Source: Lama glama (Eukaryota). Taken from it: 64,000 bases of DNA. Below, in pieces: positions 52,073 to 64,000 of this stretch (its first letter is position 1; every line of letters begins with the position of its first letter). The position numbers were made by a program, and so were the translations under genes. Below the pieces are notes generated by a model. The model saw only the letters and a list, made by a program, of their open reading frames with translations. It was not told the DNA's origin and did not search any database. The stretch is from the NCBI GenBank assembly GCA_028534125.1, contig CM052816.1, positions 71,612,001 through 71,676,000 of the forward strand. Reading direction: 5' to 3'.

Positions 52073-52179
52073 ATCTGTAAGAGGGAGTAATGTCCACAGT
52101 GAAATGGTGGTTGTACAGTTGGTAAACAGCCCACAGAGAGGATGCTGGAGCTGTGGCTAAGTGGGAAACAGTAGCCCCT

Positions 52180-53250
52180 GGGGTTGCCAAGGCTGAGGGA
52201 GCCGCTGCCCGGCTGCGCCGCGCCCTCGCGGATCAGGGAGTCCAATTTAAGCCGGCGGAGTTGGCGGAGCGGAGGCGCTGCGGCGGCGGCGGACTCGGCG
52301 CGGCTCGGGTACCTCTCTTCCTTATCTCTTACTCAAACTTCTCTGCTCCAACTCAGCTCCATCGCCATTGGTCTGACGCAGCGCGCGGGGACGTCAGGCG
52401 AGCGCCGCGCCCATTGGCTGCCCGGCGCGCGGCGCAGCTGTTCTGATTATCATATTTCAGCCTCGCTGCTGCCGTGCGCCACTGACCGCTCGGCGAGCCC
52501 GCGGGAGAGGATTAGGGCTCCCGAGGCAGCTTGCTCGGGGCTCTGGCAGCTCTCCCCCCGAAGCTCGGGCTGCCGGGCTGCTCTGGCTTTTGGCCTCCCT
52601 CTCCTCCTGCCCCCTCCCTTGCTCCTTCCCGGCCGCGCCTCCAGCGCTCTCGCCTCCTGTCGCGCTGCTCCTCCGCCCTGCGCTCCTGGGGTCCCCGCAG
52701 TCCGGCTGGCCGTGTTGTGCGCGGGGCTCACTTTTTCGCCGCCGGTGGCGAGTGGCTGGTGGGTAGGTCTTCCTGATGACGAAGTCCCTCCCGGGCTTTA
52801 GGAAAAGGGGTGACTTGGAATAGGCCGTTTGGCTCGGTTTGACTCGCGCTCTGGCGCACAACTCTGGGCCCTGCGGGGCTTGGCTGCCGGGGCGGGTGAG
52901 TTCCCGAACTGGCTGCGCGTGGCGCTCTGGGCCTTAGGGGAAGAAGAACCGGTAATGGGATGAATAGACCCAGAGAATTGTTCGCTGCTGCTACCTGACT
53001 CCTCGGTTACCCCCCCCCCCGATCTCAGATCTCCAAAAGCGTGGGGTAGGGGAAGAGGGGCGCTTTTTGCCTAAGCGGAGAATCAGGTTGGAAGCGCAAA
53101 GGTAAAACCAAGTTGACTCCGTGGGCTACTCTCTTCTTCCAACCCGCGAGGTCGGCTTTGCAGTTTAACTCTAGAATTAGGACTAACCCGAAGCCTAAGT
53201 GCGGAGTGGTTTTCAGGTCGTTTATAAAGTTTGCAGAGCGAGTATAGCCT
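52180..53250 (-). promoter_or_regulatory. ISL1 promoter / 5'UTR CpG island
   Basis: Dense CpG and high GC directly upstream of the ATG. CCAAT boxes on minus at 52367-52371 and 52413-52417, CRE-like TGACG at 52374-52378 and GACGTCA at 52390-52396, GATA motif (AGATAAG on minus) at 52321-52327. Exact TSS not determinable from sequence. Confidence 0.85.
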
Positions 53251-56200
53251 GTCCAGTTCATCTCTGCTCGCCTCCTGCTCTTTGTTTTTAAGCAAACGTG
53301 TGCAGTTAACTGGTGGTGTTTGATAATGGTAAGGACAAGTCTCCACGTCTCTCTAGTGATTTTAAGAATGCGTCAGTCTCAGGGCGTGAGTAGGGAGGGG
53401 TCTAACACACAAGAACAGAGAAATAACTATTGCACTTAACCGAGTGTGTTTATCAGATCATTTTCTCTCGGGAAACAACCTGGAGAGAGGAGAATGTTGG
53501 CTCCAACTCATCGGTAACTCCTTTCAATAATTTCTTCCATGTTCCCCTCATAGCTTATTGTCTTCCAAAAACAAAGTCACAGGAAGAACCTCCCGCACTT
53601 CTCCAGAAGTTTCTAAATATCTATTCCTTATCTAATGTGACTGCCAATTTTATCTAAAGAGGCCCGCAAACCCACGCAGCAGCATGTTTAATTTCGGTCT
53701 CCCGTTGCCTTGAGAAAACCCGGTGTGTTAGGAAACTGTTCGTATCTTTTGCCAGATCTAGCCCTTGAGAAGAGCTGTGAACCCTCAACCGGCCTCGGTG
53801 GCTCGGTTTACAGGGGTGTGCTTCTCCAGAGCGCAGAGAGACGTTCAGATGCGTAAATTTTCCTCCTTGTCCGGCTGGGGCTTTACCAAGAACATCCATT
53901 TGTTTTGTTTTGTTTTTTTCTAGGGAAAATTTCTACTGGATCTCTCATCCCTTCTATTTTGATGACGAATTGTATCAGTGCGTGTGTGAAATCGAAAGTT
54001 AGACGGACATAGGTTGATACATTTACCAGATTTTGGAGAGGGTGTGTTTTTGTTTTCGGGTTTTGGTCATAGTTTCTAGTCTCTGGGATTATATGCATGG
54101 AGCCTTTTGTCAGGCTGCTTTTGTAAAACTAATGATGATAATACAAAGCGGATCTTCCCAGTATACGGGCATGTTTACTGTACAGATAACCAAGTTGACT
54201 CTAGTTTTTTTTTTTAAAGGTACTATATAGCCAGAAAGTAAATAGAGAATTTTAACCAATCATATTCCATCATGCCACCTTTATAACCTGGTTTTAAACA
54301 ACGAAAGCTGCCAGAAGCCTGATGACATATTTGAGAACCAGAAAGCACCCTCACTGTACATCCTCCTGCAAACCAGCCACACACACTGTGGTATTTTAAC
54401 TCCCTAAACTAATAAGCTATTCTAAAGAAATATTGGCAATGATGTTAGAAATTCCAAATAGAAAAGCCGGTATGTGGCTTAGAGAAAAACTATTACTAAT
54501 AGACAGTTTCATCATAATGGTGAAGACAGATTTTTCTTTCTTCAGCCCACACTTACTGTAAACAAGTATTTTCTTAAGTTCCTGAGCCAATGAAAGTCAA
54601 GATCATGCAGAAGATACCCTCTGTCAAAGGGAAAAATTTGAGGGAACCCAATAATTATGTTGTTCTGTGATAGATGTGCTCTGGAGTTAGATGTATCTGT
54701 TGCTAATACATTTTGCATTAAAATCAAAGTTATGATAGCAGGCATTATTGTTTCACTTCACCTTGAAGTTCAGATATGATAACAGATTATTCCCTTGTTT
54801 CTTTAAGTGATTTCTATATATGTGTTTAATGCATCAAATATATCTGTAAAAAAATTCTACCGTTCTAATAGAATACATCAAACTGTAATAAGCAGTATTT
54901 CCCCCCAGTATTTGATCACAGGAGCGACCTCTTGTGTTCGAAGTGGGGATTAGACCCTGTCTTGTCAAAAATGGACTCAATTTTGACCTTTGTATATTCT
55001 GTTAGGTCAAAAATAGATCCTTAAAAACAGCAGTTGTGTGCATCCCTGTTGTGAGCTCCTCTACTCTTGAGATAAAAAAGACAAATATGAATAGTTATTA
55101 AGTATAGTTCCCATTACCTCCAGGTCACCCCAATATATTTTAGTGTCTGAATAAAAGGGCTGCTAAGATTTAGTAAGTTCCTCTTGAGTCTGTAGCATCT
55201 GCTCACATGCACTTGTACACACCTTTCAAAATGCCACTTTTACACCTAAAATTCCTGGTGGGCTCTTATGCCTTTGCTTTGTGTATTGTTGCTTTCTTTC
55301 TCTGATGAAAACTTAAACATTCCACATCAAAACTTAATGCCAGATACAGATTCCTGAACAAGTATCATGTTCTCAAGCTATGTTTCAAATATCTAAATAG
55401 GTTTTAATTGCAGTTGACAAGTAGCATTACATATTTAGGATTTATTTATTCCCCAACAACTTCTGGCAGGTACAAGTGGATTTTAGATTGGTTCATTGAG
55501 AAATTACGTACAATAAGGGAGAAAGCTTTTTCCTCCTTAATGAATCTAGATTGTGAAGGAAAGAGGGCTTTGATCAGCTTTTCTGGAACTATGGATTTGT
55601 TTGGAAACTTATTCCCTTGGAGGTGTTCTCTTTAGTCCACATCAGAAACAGGTTTGAGAATAATTATTGGAATGCAAATTTCCACGAGTAAGATGTTCAG
55701 ACAGAAAAAAATATAACTGAAGGATTTATATCTTCTGATATCCAAAAATATGTAATATGGGGGCAAAATGAAACACGGCCATATTTTATTCATCTTGGAG
55801 AATAGGTATGGAATATGTGTGTATTTATCCCATTTATACTTTTTGTTTTTTACTTTTCCTGTGTAGTCTAATCATGTAGAATAAGGTTACATAAACCATC
55901 AGTATCTTAAATCATGTCCAAGGGTCAGATAAAATTATATGCAGATAAAGCGAGTTACGATTAACTATTTGTATTCCACCCAGAACAGAACGGGGTGTGA
56001 ATGGTTAGAGTTGATTTCCTCTCTTCCAGTTGCCGGTGGTGGCATAATGAGGATGAATCAACAGAATCTGTGCTCTGATTTCAGAGAAAATGTGGAAGGG
56101 ATTTCTTTATGTACCATTGCGTACGAAACGACTGTCTCTTTTTTTCTCTCCTTTTACTTTTTTTCCCCAACAATACTAAGCAATGATAATAATAAAGGCA

Positions 56201-56339
56201 GTTGTTAACAACAACAACAAACCTTTAGTTGTGATTTTTATTTTATTGCCGAGGACTCCTGCTGTGATTGTGGTTTTGTTGAGTGTCAACTGCTTTCTTA
56301 ACCAGTTAAAACAATCTGGGTGAATTAGCAAGAATTTTC

Positions 56340-58720
56340 TTGTGCACCGAGAGCTTGCTTCCCAGCCTGAGTTCGGTAGTTGTGTCTGTCACCAGCGGAC
56401 CTGTTATTCTTTACTGGCAGACGGCAGCCCAGGAGGCAGCGTTCATGTGCGGTCTGCTGCTCGGTTCCCAGCCGAGATAGAATTCCACGCTCCCGGCAGC
56501 GGCGAAGCCACAAACCTCAGATCAGTCTTGAGAATGCGAGGCTCCCCATCTCTCTGCCGTTAGAACTTCGACCAAGCGAGGACAGAAATTTGCCCCTTTA
56601 AAGTTTTGCTTTTGGAAGTATTTATTACAATTACACAAAAGCACTGGTCGTGTCAAATTAAACTCTTTTCCTTTTTTTAAAGTTTTTTTTTCTTCTCTCT
56701 TTTTGAAGCCTTATGTGACTAGGAACAGGCAATTTTTAACTGGACGGGAGTTCGGCGTGGAGCCCAGGTTGGAGCCAGTGAGCGCAATGTGCTGACTAAG
56801 AGCTTCTGACCCAAGGACGCTCTGAACCCTACCTCTGGCAAAGCCTTCATTAAATGTATCGGATTCTCGCGGGGGTAATTGGAGTCCTGATGGGCGAAAC
56901 AGCTTTATCTCAAGTCCTAGGCGGTTACATTTGCACTGAATCTAGAAAAACACCCACGGGCCCACCCGAGATCTCGGGAAACCCGGAGCAAGTTAAGTCA
57001 AGTGTGGTTGATCAAATGACATTCTTTCTGAAAGAGGTGACACCCTTTCCCCTGCTACAATCCTGTCCAACGGGCAGCTCTGAATTTAGCGCCGAAGGAT
57101 TGCTTTCCAACGCACGCTGAAGGTTTACTGGCAACGAGTGGGGGAGGGAAGGAGAAGGTACCTTGGAGGAGGTCAAGAGGAGGGGGAGGAGCAGCAGCAG
57201 AAAATTACCAGCTAAGCGGGGGAGGGAATTGGAAGCCCGGAAACCTACCAGGATGCCTCAAAAAACCTTCCCTTACGTCTCAAGATGTAGCGCTCGGAAA
57301 AACAGCCTCATAATGAAGTGTCCTGGGCTGGGGTCCTCGGGTGGGCTACGGAGGTGATGTCAAGAGTTACAGCTACTTTCTCCGAATTAAACTGGTGGCT
57401 AAAGCGGGTCAGGGCCGTTTCTTGTAGCTGAGAGAAGCGTGGGTGGGGGCTGTTTTTAAGGGGAGAGGCAATCATTTTTGGCATCTACTGGCAGATTGTG
57501 AGAGTAGCAGTGAAGGTGGTTTCGGGGCTGGAGAAAAATCTTCAAATCCTTGTAAATGGCTAGTCATTTCGGAAGATAAGATTTTAGGGACACTCTTAAA
57601 TGTTGCCGTCTGCTTCGACTCCGCGGAGGTGAACGGGAGCATGAGCTTCCGTCTCGCGGGCATTTAGAGTTCTTTGCGCCACCGGATCCATGCCGATCCA
57701 TCCATGTTTTAAGAAAACTTATTAATTCTTTGCTACTTCAGATTGAGAGGAGAATTAACTCTGCCCCTCTACCTGCTGAATACCAACCGAGAAAGGGGCC
57801 CAGGAGACGACCCCTTTCAGAAAGAACGTCATTTGATCAACTCAACTGAGTTAATAACTTGCCTCCCGGAAGGGGTCAAGAACATTCGCCTTCCCTTCCC
57901 GCCCGCACAGCCACGCTGCTCGGAGGAGGTCGACCTCTCTACCCCAGGTAGCCTCTCCTCGAGGGCCGAGGAAACCCTGTCTGACTGTGCTTTGCGGGCT
58001 CAGAATCGAGATCAAGATTCAGGTATTTCCTAGAACCCCACTCGCCTGCGTTCAGGCACATCGGTAGCTAGAATTTAGCCTACCCTGAGAGAAGCGCGAA
58101 ACAAAGAGACCCCCCCCCACCTCCGTCACCTCGGCCTCCTCCCTTCCGGATTTCCAATTTGCAACCTTTCAGCTGCCCCCACCCCCACCCCGCGCCCCAA
58201 CCCTAAGAGTTCTAGGCTTAAGGGCATTTTTCAATTCCCCTTTAGCATTGAAAGAAGGAAAAGTCAAACTGGGTCTACACCCCCAACCCCAGTTCCTGCT
58301 AGACTTAAGGGGGAAAAAAATCGATGTCCCTCAGACCTCTTTCCTTCCCGGGTTGACGAGCGCAGCTGTTGGAGAGGCTACTCAGTTCCTTAGTGTGAAT
58401 CTGCTTGCCACCCACGTTTGGGACCAGAGCCCCGGATGGACTGCCCCTGTCGCGCACCGGTGGGCTGGTGCAGGGACGTGAAAATACAGGTGAATCCAGT
58501 CGCCGGCGGTGCCGAGCGCTAAAGGAGCAAGCACCTCTGCCTGCCCCCTGGGGGCTGCCTGCTGGGAGACCCTCCAGCCTCTTCCTAGACTCAAGAGCGG
58601 AAAAGAAAGTGCAACCCCTGGCAGCGGGCTCAGAGCCTAAGCCCTTTCGGAAGGTAAAACTTTCAGTGTTAGGTTGCCCCTTTTCTGTCCACGCCCCTAG
58701 TCCCCGGTTTCCCCGCAGGT
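56340..58720. promoter_or_regulatory. Moderately CpG-rich upstream region (4-6.5 kb 5' of the ISL1 ATG)
   Basis: CpG retention clearly above flanking DNA, no repeats recognised. Confidence 0.5.
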
Positions 58721-61700
58721 GAATACACTTTTGGAAATGAAAGAATCAAGATACCATTTTAATTGCTTCATACTCTCTGTCACAATCATGTCTTTATGCC
58801 ACTGGCCAGAGGTTCAACTTGCTCAGAGTGCCTACATTCTAGAACATTGTAAGGGACAGCATTTCCTCTGCACGTGCCTTGGTGGCAGCGTCCAGAAATG
58901 ATGGCATAGTTATCGATACAGGATGTTTGAGTGAAGTTTAATTCTTACTATCACCCCCCAAAATATAGATGCCCCAAAGTATTAGCTGGCGTTTGTTTTT
59001 CAGGTTTATTTTATTCACCCAGTGTGGTGAATGTTTGCATTGGAAAACAAGAGAGAAACCCCACAGCGTGGGTTCACTTCTGTGCTCTCCTGTCAGGAGA
59101 GCTGATTAGCCAGAGAGGCGGGCTTCTTTGTTGATTTAAGAGTTCATCAGGCAAGACGTAACAATTACCTTGCCTTCTCTCAATTGTCTAGTGTTGACTT
59201 GTATCTGGAATGCCTCCATTGTGCAAAATTTGATCCAAAAGTGGAAAAAAAAAAACTAAGGCAAAAAGATGATAATGGTAATAGAGATCTATTTTAACTG
59301 ACTGTGTATGGATTGTATATACCTCACATATATGTATAAAACACTACAAGTATATAACATGTTTTATGTATAATTATGTACGTTATAATTATGTGATAAT
59401 AATAAGACTAATTAATACTACAATTCCAGGAAGAAATATTGAAATGCTATTTCACAATTCACATAAAACCCTCCTTCCAAGAAATAATTAGCAGGCTTAG
59501 GCTGCTACAGGTTAGTTCTGTAAGAAAATACCCTTCTATTTTGCAGTTTTATTTCAGTTATGCATGTAAAGTATCTATTTTATCACTATTTGGAAATTTC
59601 CAATCACTTCATATCAGCAAGAAATAAAATATGAGTAAGTCCTAGATAATGCTTAAGGAATGACTATGATTAACTTTTGTGGTTTGACAGTTTTGTGCTC
59701 TTCTTTATTTAAGTGTAAATATTAATGCATTAATATAACTAGATAGTATCATCACCTCATAATTTACAAGAAATTCATATAAAGTGAAAGAGCATTACTT
59801 TCTATAATGTCCACTTGGGGGTCTATTATCAAAATATAGTAATAATAATAAGATTCATATGTTGTAACAAATATGTAGCTAGCTGTTCTGCTACTGGAGT
59901 GTTCAGTCTAGTTATAAAAACATTGAACTATTCTGTCACGTGTGCTCTCACTTGAATGTAATTAAATTAATGCTTTGCCATTTTTAAGAATCCTCCATCC
60001 ACTTCCCGGATATATGTAACAGCTTAGGAAGATCCTTCAATCTTGAAATGTAATGCTAAATCAGAAATTGTATTATTACCTATAACTAGCATCCTGTTGA
60101 CTTTTCACTTAAAAAACAGGACTCAAATTATGTTATGTCTCACTTTAGAATATTGGTACAATGTGCCATTTTGCGTTCTTGGCTCGGTCTTGGAATTTAT
60201 TATTCACTGTCCTTTTTATGTGCTGCACAAACCATTGGTAATAGTGATAAGAGGCACTGGATATAATTTCACTGGCTTTGGAATCTCATATGGTATATGA
60301 TAAACTAGAGATCTTAATCTCTTTAGGGCTTGATAGTGTATTGCTTCCAGTCTGGAGATGTTGATTTAGCTGTCCTGAACGTTATGTGATGTGCCTCTTC
60401 ATAATCCAGTACCCAAGTCATTGCCGACCTGCTGACATGACTCTGGATATGCCAGGGCAAATATATTCTTTTGAATTATGCCAGCAGTTAGAGAAACTTG
60501 TGTATAGCTCTCAAAGTGGAAGAAAAGGTAAGTGGATGGAAAATCACTCTTTTGAATATGGTGGTGGAGAAAGACTTGAGCATACATCACTTTATCAGCC
60601 ATCAAAAGAGGATGAAAGTAGATTTTAGATGAAAAAAGTATTCAGTTTTGAGAAGAGAAAGAGAAAGCTTATTTAGGAAAATTAAAAAAAGTGGAATAAA
60701 TGTCAAGAGGAACAGAAGAAACGAACAGGACTTAATGATCCAGTTCACTCGGCACCAGGTCTTAATTGGCAGTAGATGGAGGTTGGGAAAGTGGATGGAA
60801 ATTGGGAAAACGTAGACTTTATTTTAATCTGGCATTTAAACTTTAAAACTCTGATTGAAGGGGGTAGGTTTTTGTAGAAATACAGATTATGTGGCAATAA
60901 CTTTTAAAAGTTGCATTGCATCTTTGAACAGCTTTTACTAGAATGCTTACCAAAAGTGAACTATTAGTAAACTGAATCAGCACAGAAAATACAAATTAAA
61001 AGTACTAGAAATGTCACAAAATGGATTCCTACAATTTTTTATGCAACTAGTTTCATTTAACAATAGGATTCAGGACTCAGAAAGCACTAGATCTGAGCAG
61101 GAATTTTTAAAAGTGGCTTCAAAGTTTTCCAGAGTTTTTGTTAGCCATTATCCTTTCTAAAAAATGGATTATACCAGAAAGTGTAATTGACATATTTGGA
61201 AGTGCTCACTTAAACCATAATAAAAATGGAAAGATGTTGTGGGGAAAAAAAAAACTGCCTTCTGCTCAAATTCATGCCAGAGAACTTCACTTGAAGGGCT
61301 GCCAGCAGCATTGTGTTCTGTTCGCATTTCTGACCTGGCTTCAGATTCTCTTAGACTAGTTCTGCTGTGAGAAGAATATAAGCCAAAGCCACGAGGGAGC
61401 CTTCTTTGCAGCCACGCACTTGGGAAGAGGTTGGGTGTCCAAAATGTTGGAGAGGTCAGATACAGTTGTTCTCATAGACTCTATGCTGGAGGTCACGGGG
61501 TCAGAATGCCTGCACATGTGCACAAACCAACAGGCCCATAAAAGCCTGATAGGAGGCAGGAGTGCCCCATAAAAGGTCATCCTCAGCCAGAATCCAACAG
61601 CATTTGAAAGGCGTCTGCTATAGAGAAGAAATATGAGACTGACAGCAGCAGCAGCGGCAGTGGCAGCAGCGGTGAAAAGAGATGGATGGGGATTAATCAT

Positions 61701-62494
61701 GGTAAAATACTGAGCAGAAGAGACAGCAAATTCTGCCAAGCATGAATCCTCCTCTACTCACATGTTTCACAAAGCACACTCTTCAAAGTACAAGCCAGTT
61801 GGCCAAGGTCAGGTTGATCTTTGCTAGGCTCAAAGAAGCAGCTGCCGAGGGCATCCCATGGCAGATGGAAGACACCTAAGTGTTTTTAATGTTCAAAAAA
61901 AAAAAGAAAAACAGTAGAAATACTTCTGATATCATATAGTAATCAAAATTACATTTCCTGTCTCTGAGCACTTGTGCCATTCACTTCGGGGCAACACTTA
62001 TTTATAAAGATTATCGGTTGCTATTAGCCTGTGGATCTTCAGGACTTGTAATGTAGATCCCTTATGTTACTAGATTTAGCATCTTGCCCATCTCATAATG
62101 TCTCCTCATTAAAACATCCTTTGTATAATGAAATATTTACATAACAGCCTTTAGAAGTCTGAATAGGCAGCCTTTAAATGGTGACTCTAGGCTATGCTAT
62201 CAAGACAGAGGTAGCACCATACCCCTCCCCCAGTATCTGCCAAGAGACACCAAATAGCTCTTGTAAAGATTTACTTCTTTGACATTCATAAGGGCTTTTT
62301 AATCTTCAGAGCTTTTTGTTTAGTTTTGTTTGTTGGTTTTCAATTCAAATACCAAAGCTTTCTTTAGGTGATTTTTATTTTTCCCCTATTCCTTTACCCG
62401 TTTGTACTATTATGAAAGTCTCTATAAGAAGCATGTTGACAATAAGAATAAAGGGAGAAAGGAAGGTGTGCAAGGGGAAAAGAGGATGATGGGT

Positions 62495-62910
62495 CTAAAA
62501 ATGAATGAAACACAATGTAACACAACTCAGCAATGAAAAGGAATGGCCCATTGATACATGCTATTACATGGAGGAAGCTCAAAATAAATGTCAAGTGAAA
62601 GAAGTAAGACCAACAAGTGGACACACTGTATGATTCCAGTGTATATAAAATTCTACGAAATACAAACTAATGTATGGTGATAGAAATTGGATAAGTAGGA
62701 GCTTGCGGGTGGGACAGGTAGCAGGGAGAGGAGGCAGGGAGGGATTACCAAGGGGCTTTCGGAAATTTTTGGAGGTGCTATGTGTTTCGAAGGTTTATTA
62801 CCTGGATTGCGGCGATAGTGTTACGAGTGTACACACATGTCAAAGCTTACCAAATTACTTTAAATATGTGCAGTTTATCATACACCAGTTACACTTCAAT
62901 AAAGCTATTA
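62495..62910 (+). mobile_element. Old L1 3'UTR (L1MB/MC-like)
   Basis: cagcaatgaaaaggaat...tgatacatgctattacatgg...ctgtatgattcca...tttaaatatgtgcagtttat...cttcaataaag. Confidence 0.8.
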
Positions 62911-64000
62911 GACTGCAAGAAAGAAACTGAGCATTGTGTTGCCCTATTCTTTATTATTGTCTTTACTATACACCTTGTACGGTGAGGTGATAAAGAAAAG
63001 GGAGAATGCCCAGCATTGCACATGATGAAGTAAGATGCTTGAAGGGAGAGAAGGAACTCACCTCTACCATTGCCCTGATCAGAGTTTGTCAGCAGTTGCT
63101 CCGGCACACCAAGCTGAATTTTTTATTGCCTAATTCTATAACTGTAAGCACTTTCCCTTCCTCTTGTACTATCACTATTAGAGATCCCAAGATATGCTTT
63201 CAAGAAGGCTTCTCAAATATCCTGATTTCCCCAAAGTCAAATTAATTCTATCATTTCTAGTACTTTGTGGATAATTTTTTATGCTACATCACTTTCTACT
63301 TTGTTTAGGCAGAAGTCTTTCCATCATCATAAAAAAACTCCTAAGGGAGAATCCACATCTAGTCCATTATTATCACCTATTGGCTTTCTATAAATCTTTG
63401 GTGAATTGTCTAATAGTCTCCCAGCTAGATTGTTGGTACCCTGTTGCCTTTGGCTGAATTCCTTCAGATGTCAATGCCTGGCTCACCTGATCAAAATTCC
63501 TGGGCACTTTGGTCGTCCAGTGGATTGTAGAGTCAGCCTGATTTATGTCTGAGCTCTTCATGCCCTTTGGACACTGCCTCCGACACCTGACTGACTGCAC
63601 CCCATGGCTTTCCAGATGGGCTGGCCACTTTCCTCTTTCTGTCCCTTGTGGGTGAGTCTCCAGCACGTCCCTGACTAATTCCTTTACAAACTTATATTGC
63701 TGTGAGCTTGATCTCAGTACCTGATCTTCAAGTAATCATATTGGTTCTATCCTTAATCACTCAGAAACACAGACTTTTCTGTGAGGCAGAAAGAAGGGGA
63801 AAGAGAAATGATTTAATGTGATGGTGCTTGAATATAAGATTTATTTCTCTCTTTTGGATTTGGGGTTTACACATCACTGATTAGGGTCAGATAGTTTCTT
63901 TGCCTGTACTTTATATTTGTGGGTCTTTTCACAGGGTGGGACATGTACCTCGTGGGTGAACGAATATCTCCCTTAAAGTCAGAGAGGTATGAAGCATTTG

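Noticed and set aside
52184..52801. 205 aa plus-strand ORF in the promoter CpG island
   Set aside because: Stop-poor GC-rich DNA, no ATG start, no homology recognised.
58870..58890. GGTGGCAGC, CTCF-like 3' half
   Set aside because: The 5' part of the core matches poorly; cannot be supported without a PWM scan.
61643..61672. Imperfect (GCA)n run giving poly-Ala in a 127 aa minus ORF
   Set aside because: Short degenerate trinucleotide repeat; the surrounding ORF has no coding hallmarks.
63370..63780. Possible LTR remnant
   Set aside because: Similarity too weak to call by eye.
1..64000. CRISPR arrays, rRNA/tRNA genes, prokaryotic-type systems
   Set aside because: The sequence is clearly mammalian; no spaced repeat arrays or structural RNA genes were recognised.

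Overview
Mammalian genomic DNA containing the complete ISL1 gene (Islet-1, LIM-homeodomain transcription factor) on the minus strand. The species is probably a cetartiodactyl, plausibly a camelid, inferred from the young L1 3' ends and the absence of recognisable Alu, B1, Bov-tA, PRE-1 or Can-SINE elements. There are six coding exons (52045-52072, 51022-51211, 48037-48296, 45867-46153, 44451-44618, 42253-42369). All introns are GT-AG and the joined CDS is 1050 nt = 349 aa + stop. A ~1.15 kb 3'UTR ends near 41.1 kb and a CpG-island promoter lies at ~52.2-53.2 kb. About 33.2-62.4 kb is almost free of interspersed repeats and holds several further CpG islands and motif clusters. About 1-33 kb is intergenic DNA downstream of the gene, with L1, L2, MIR, MaLR, Tigger1, Charlie-type and MER5 relics. 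I see no other credible protein-coding gene and no evidence of a wholly new biological system. The most notable observations are: an Ala268Thr difference next to Ser269 in an otherwise near-invariant protein; a full 3' splice-site signature 2 nt before the start codon; a ~270 bp local copy inserted into an old L1; and candidate POU4F, HOX, TCF and Forkhead regulatory clusters. Repeat family names and boundaries are by-eye recognitions and approximate.
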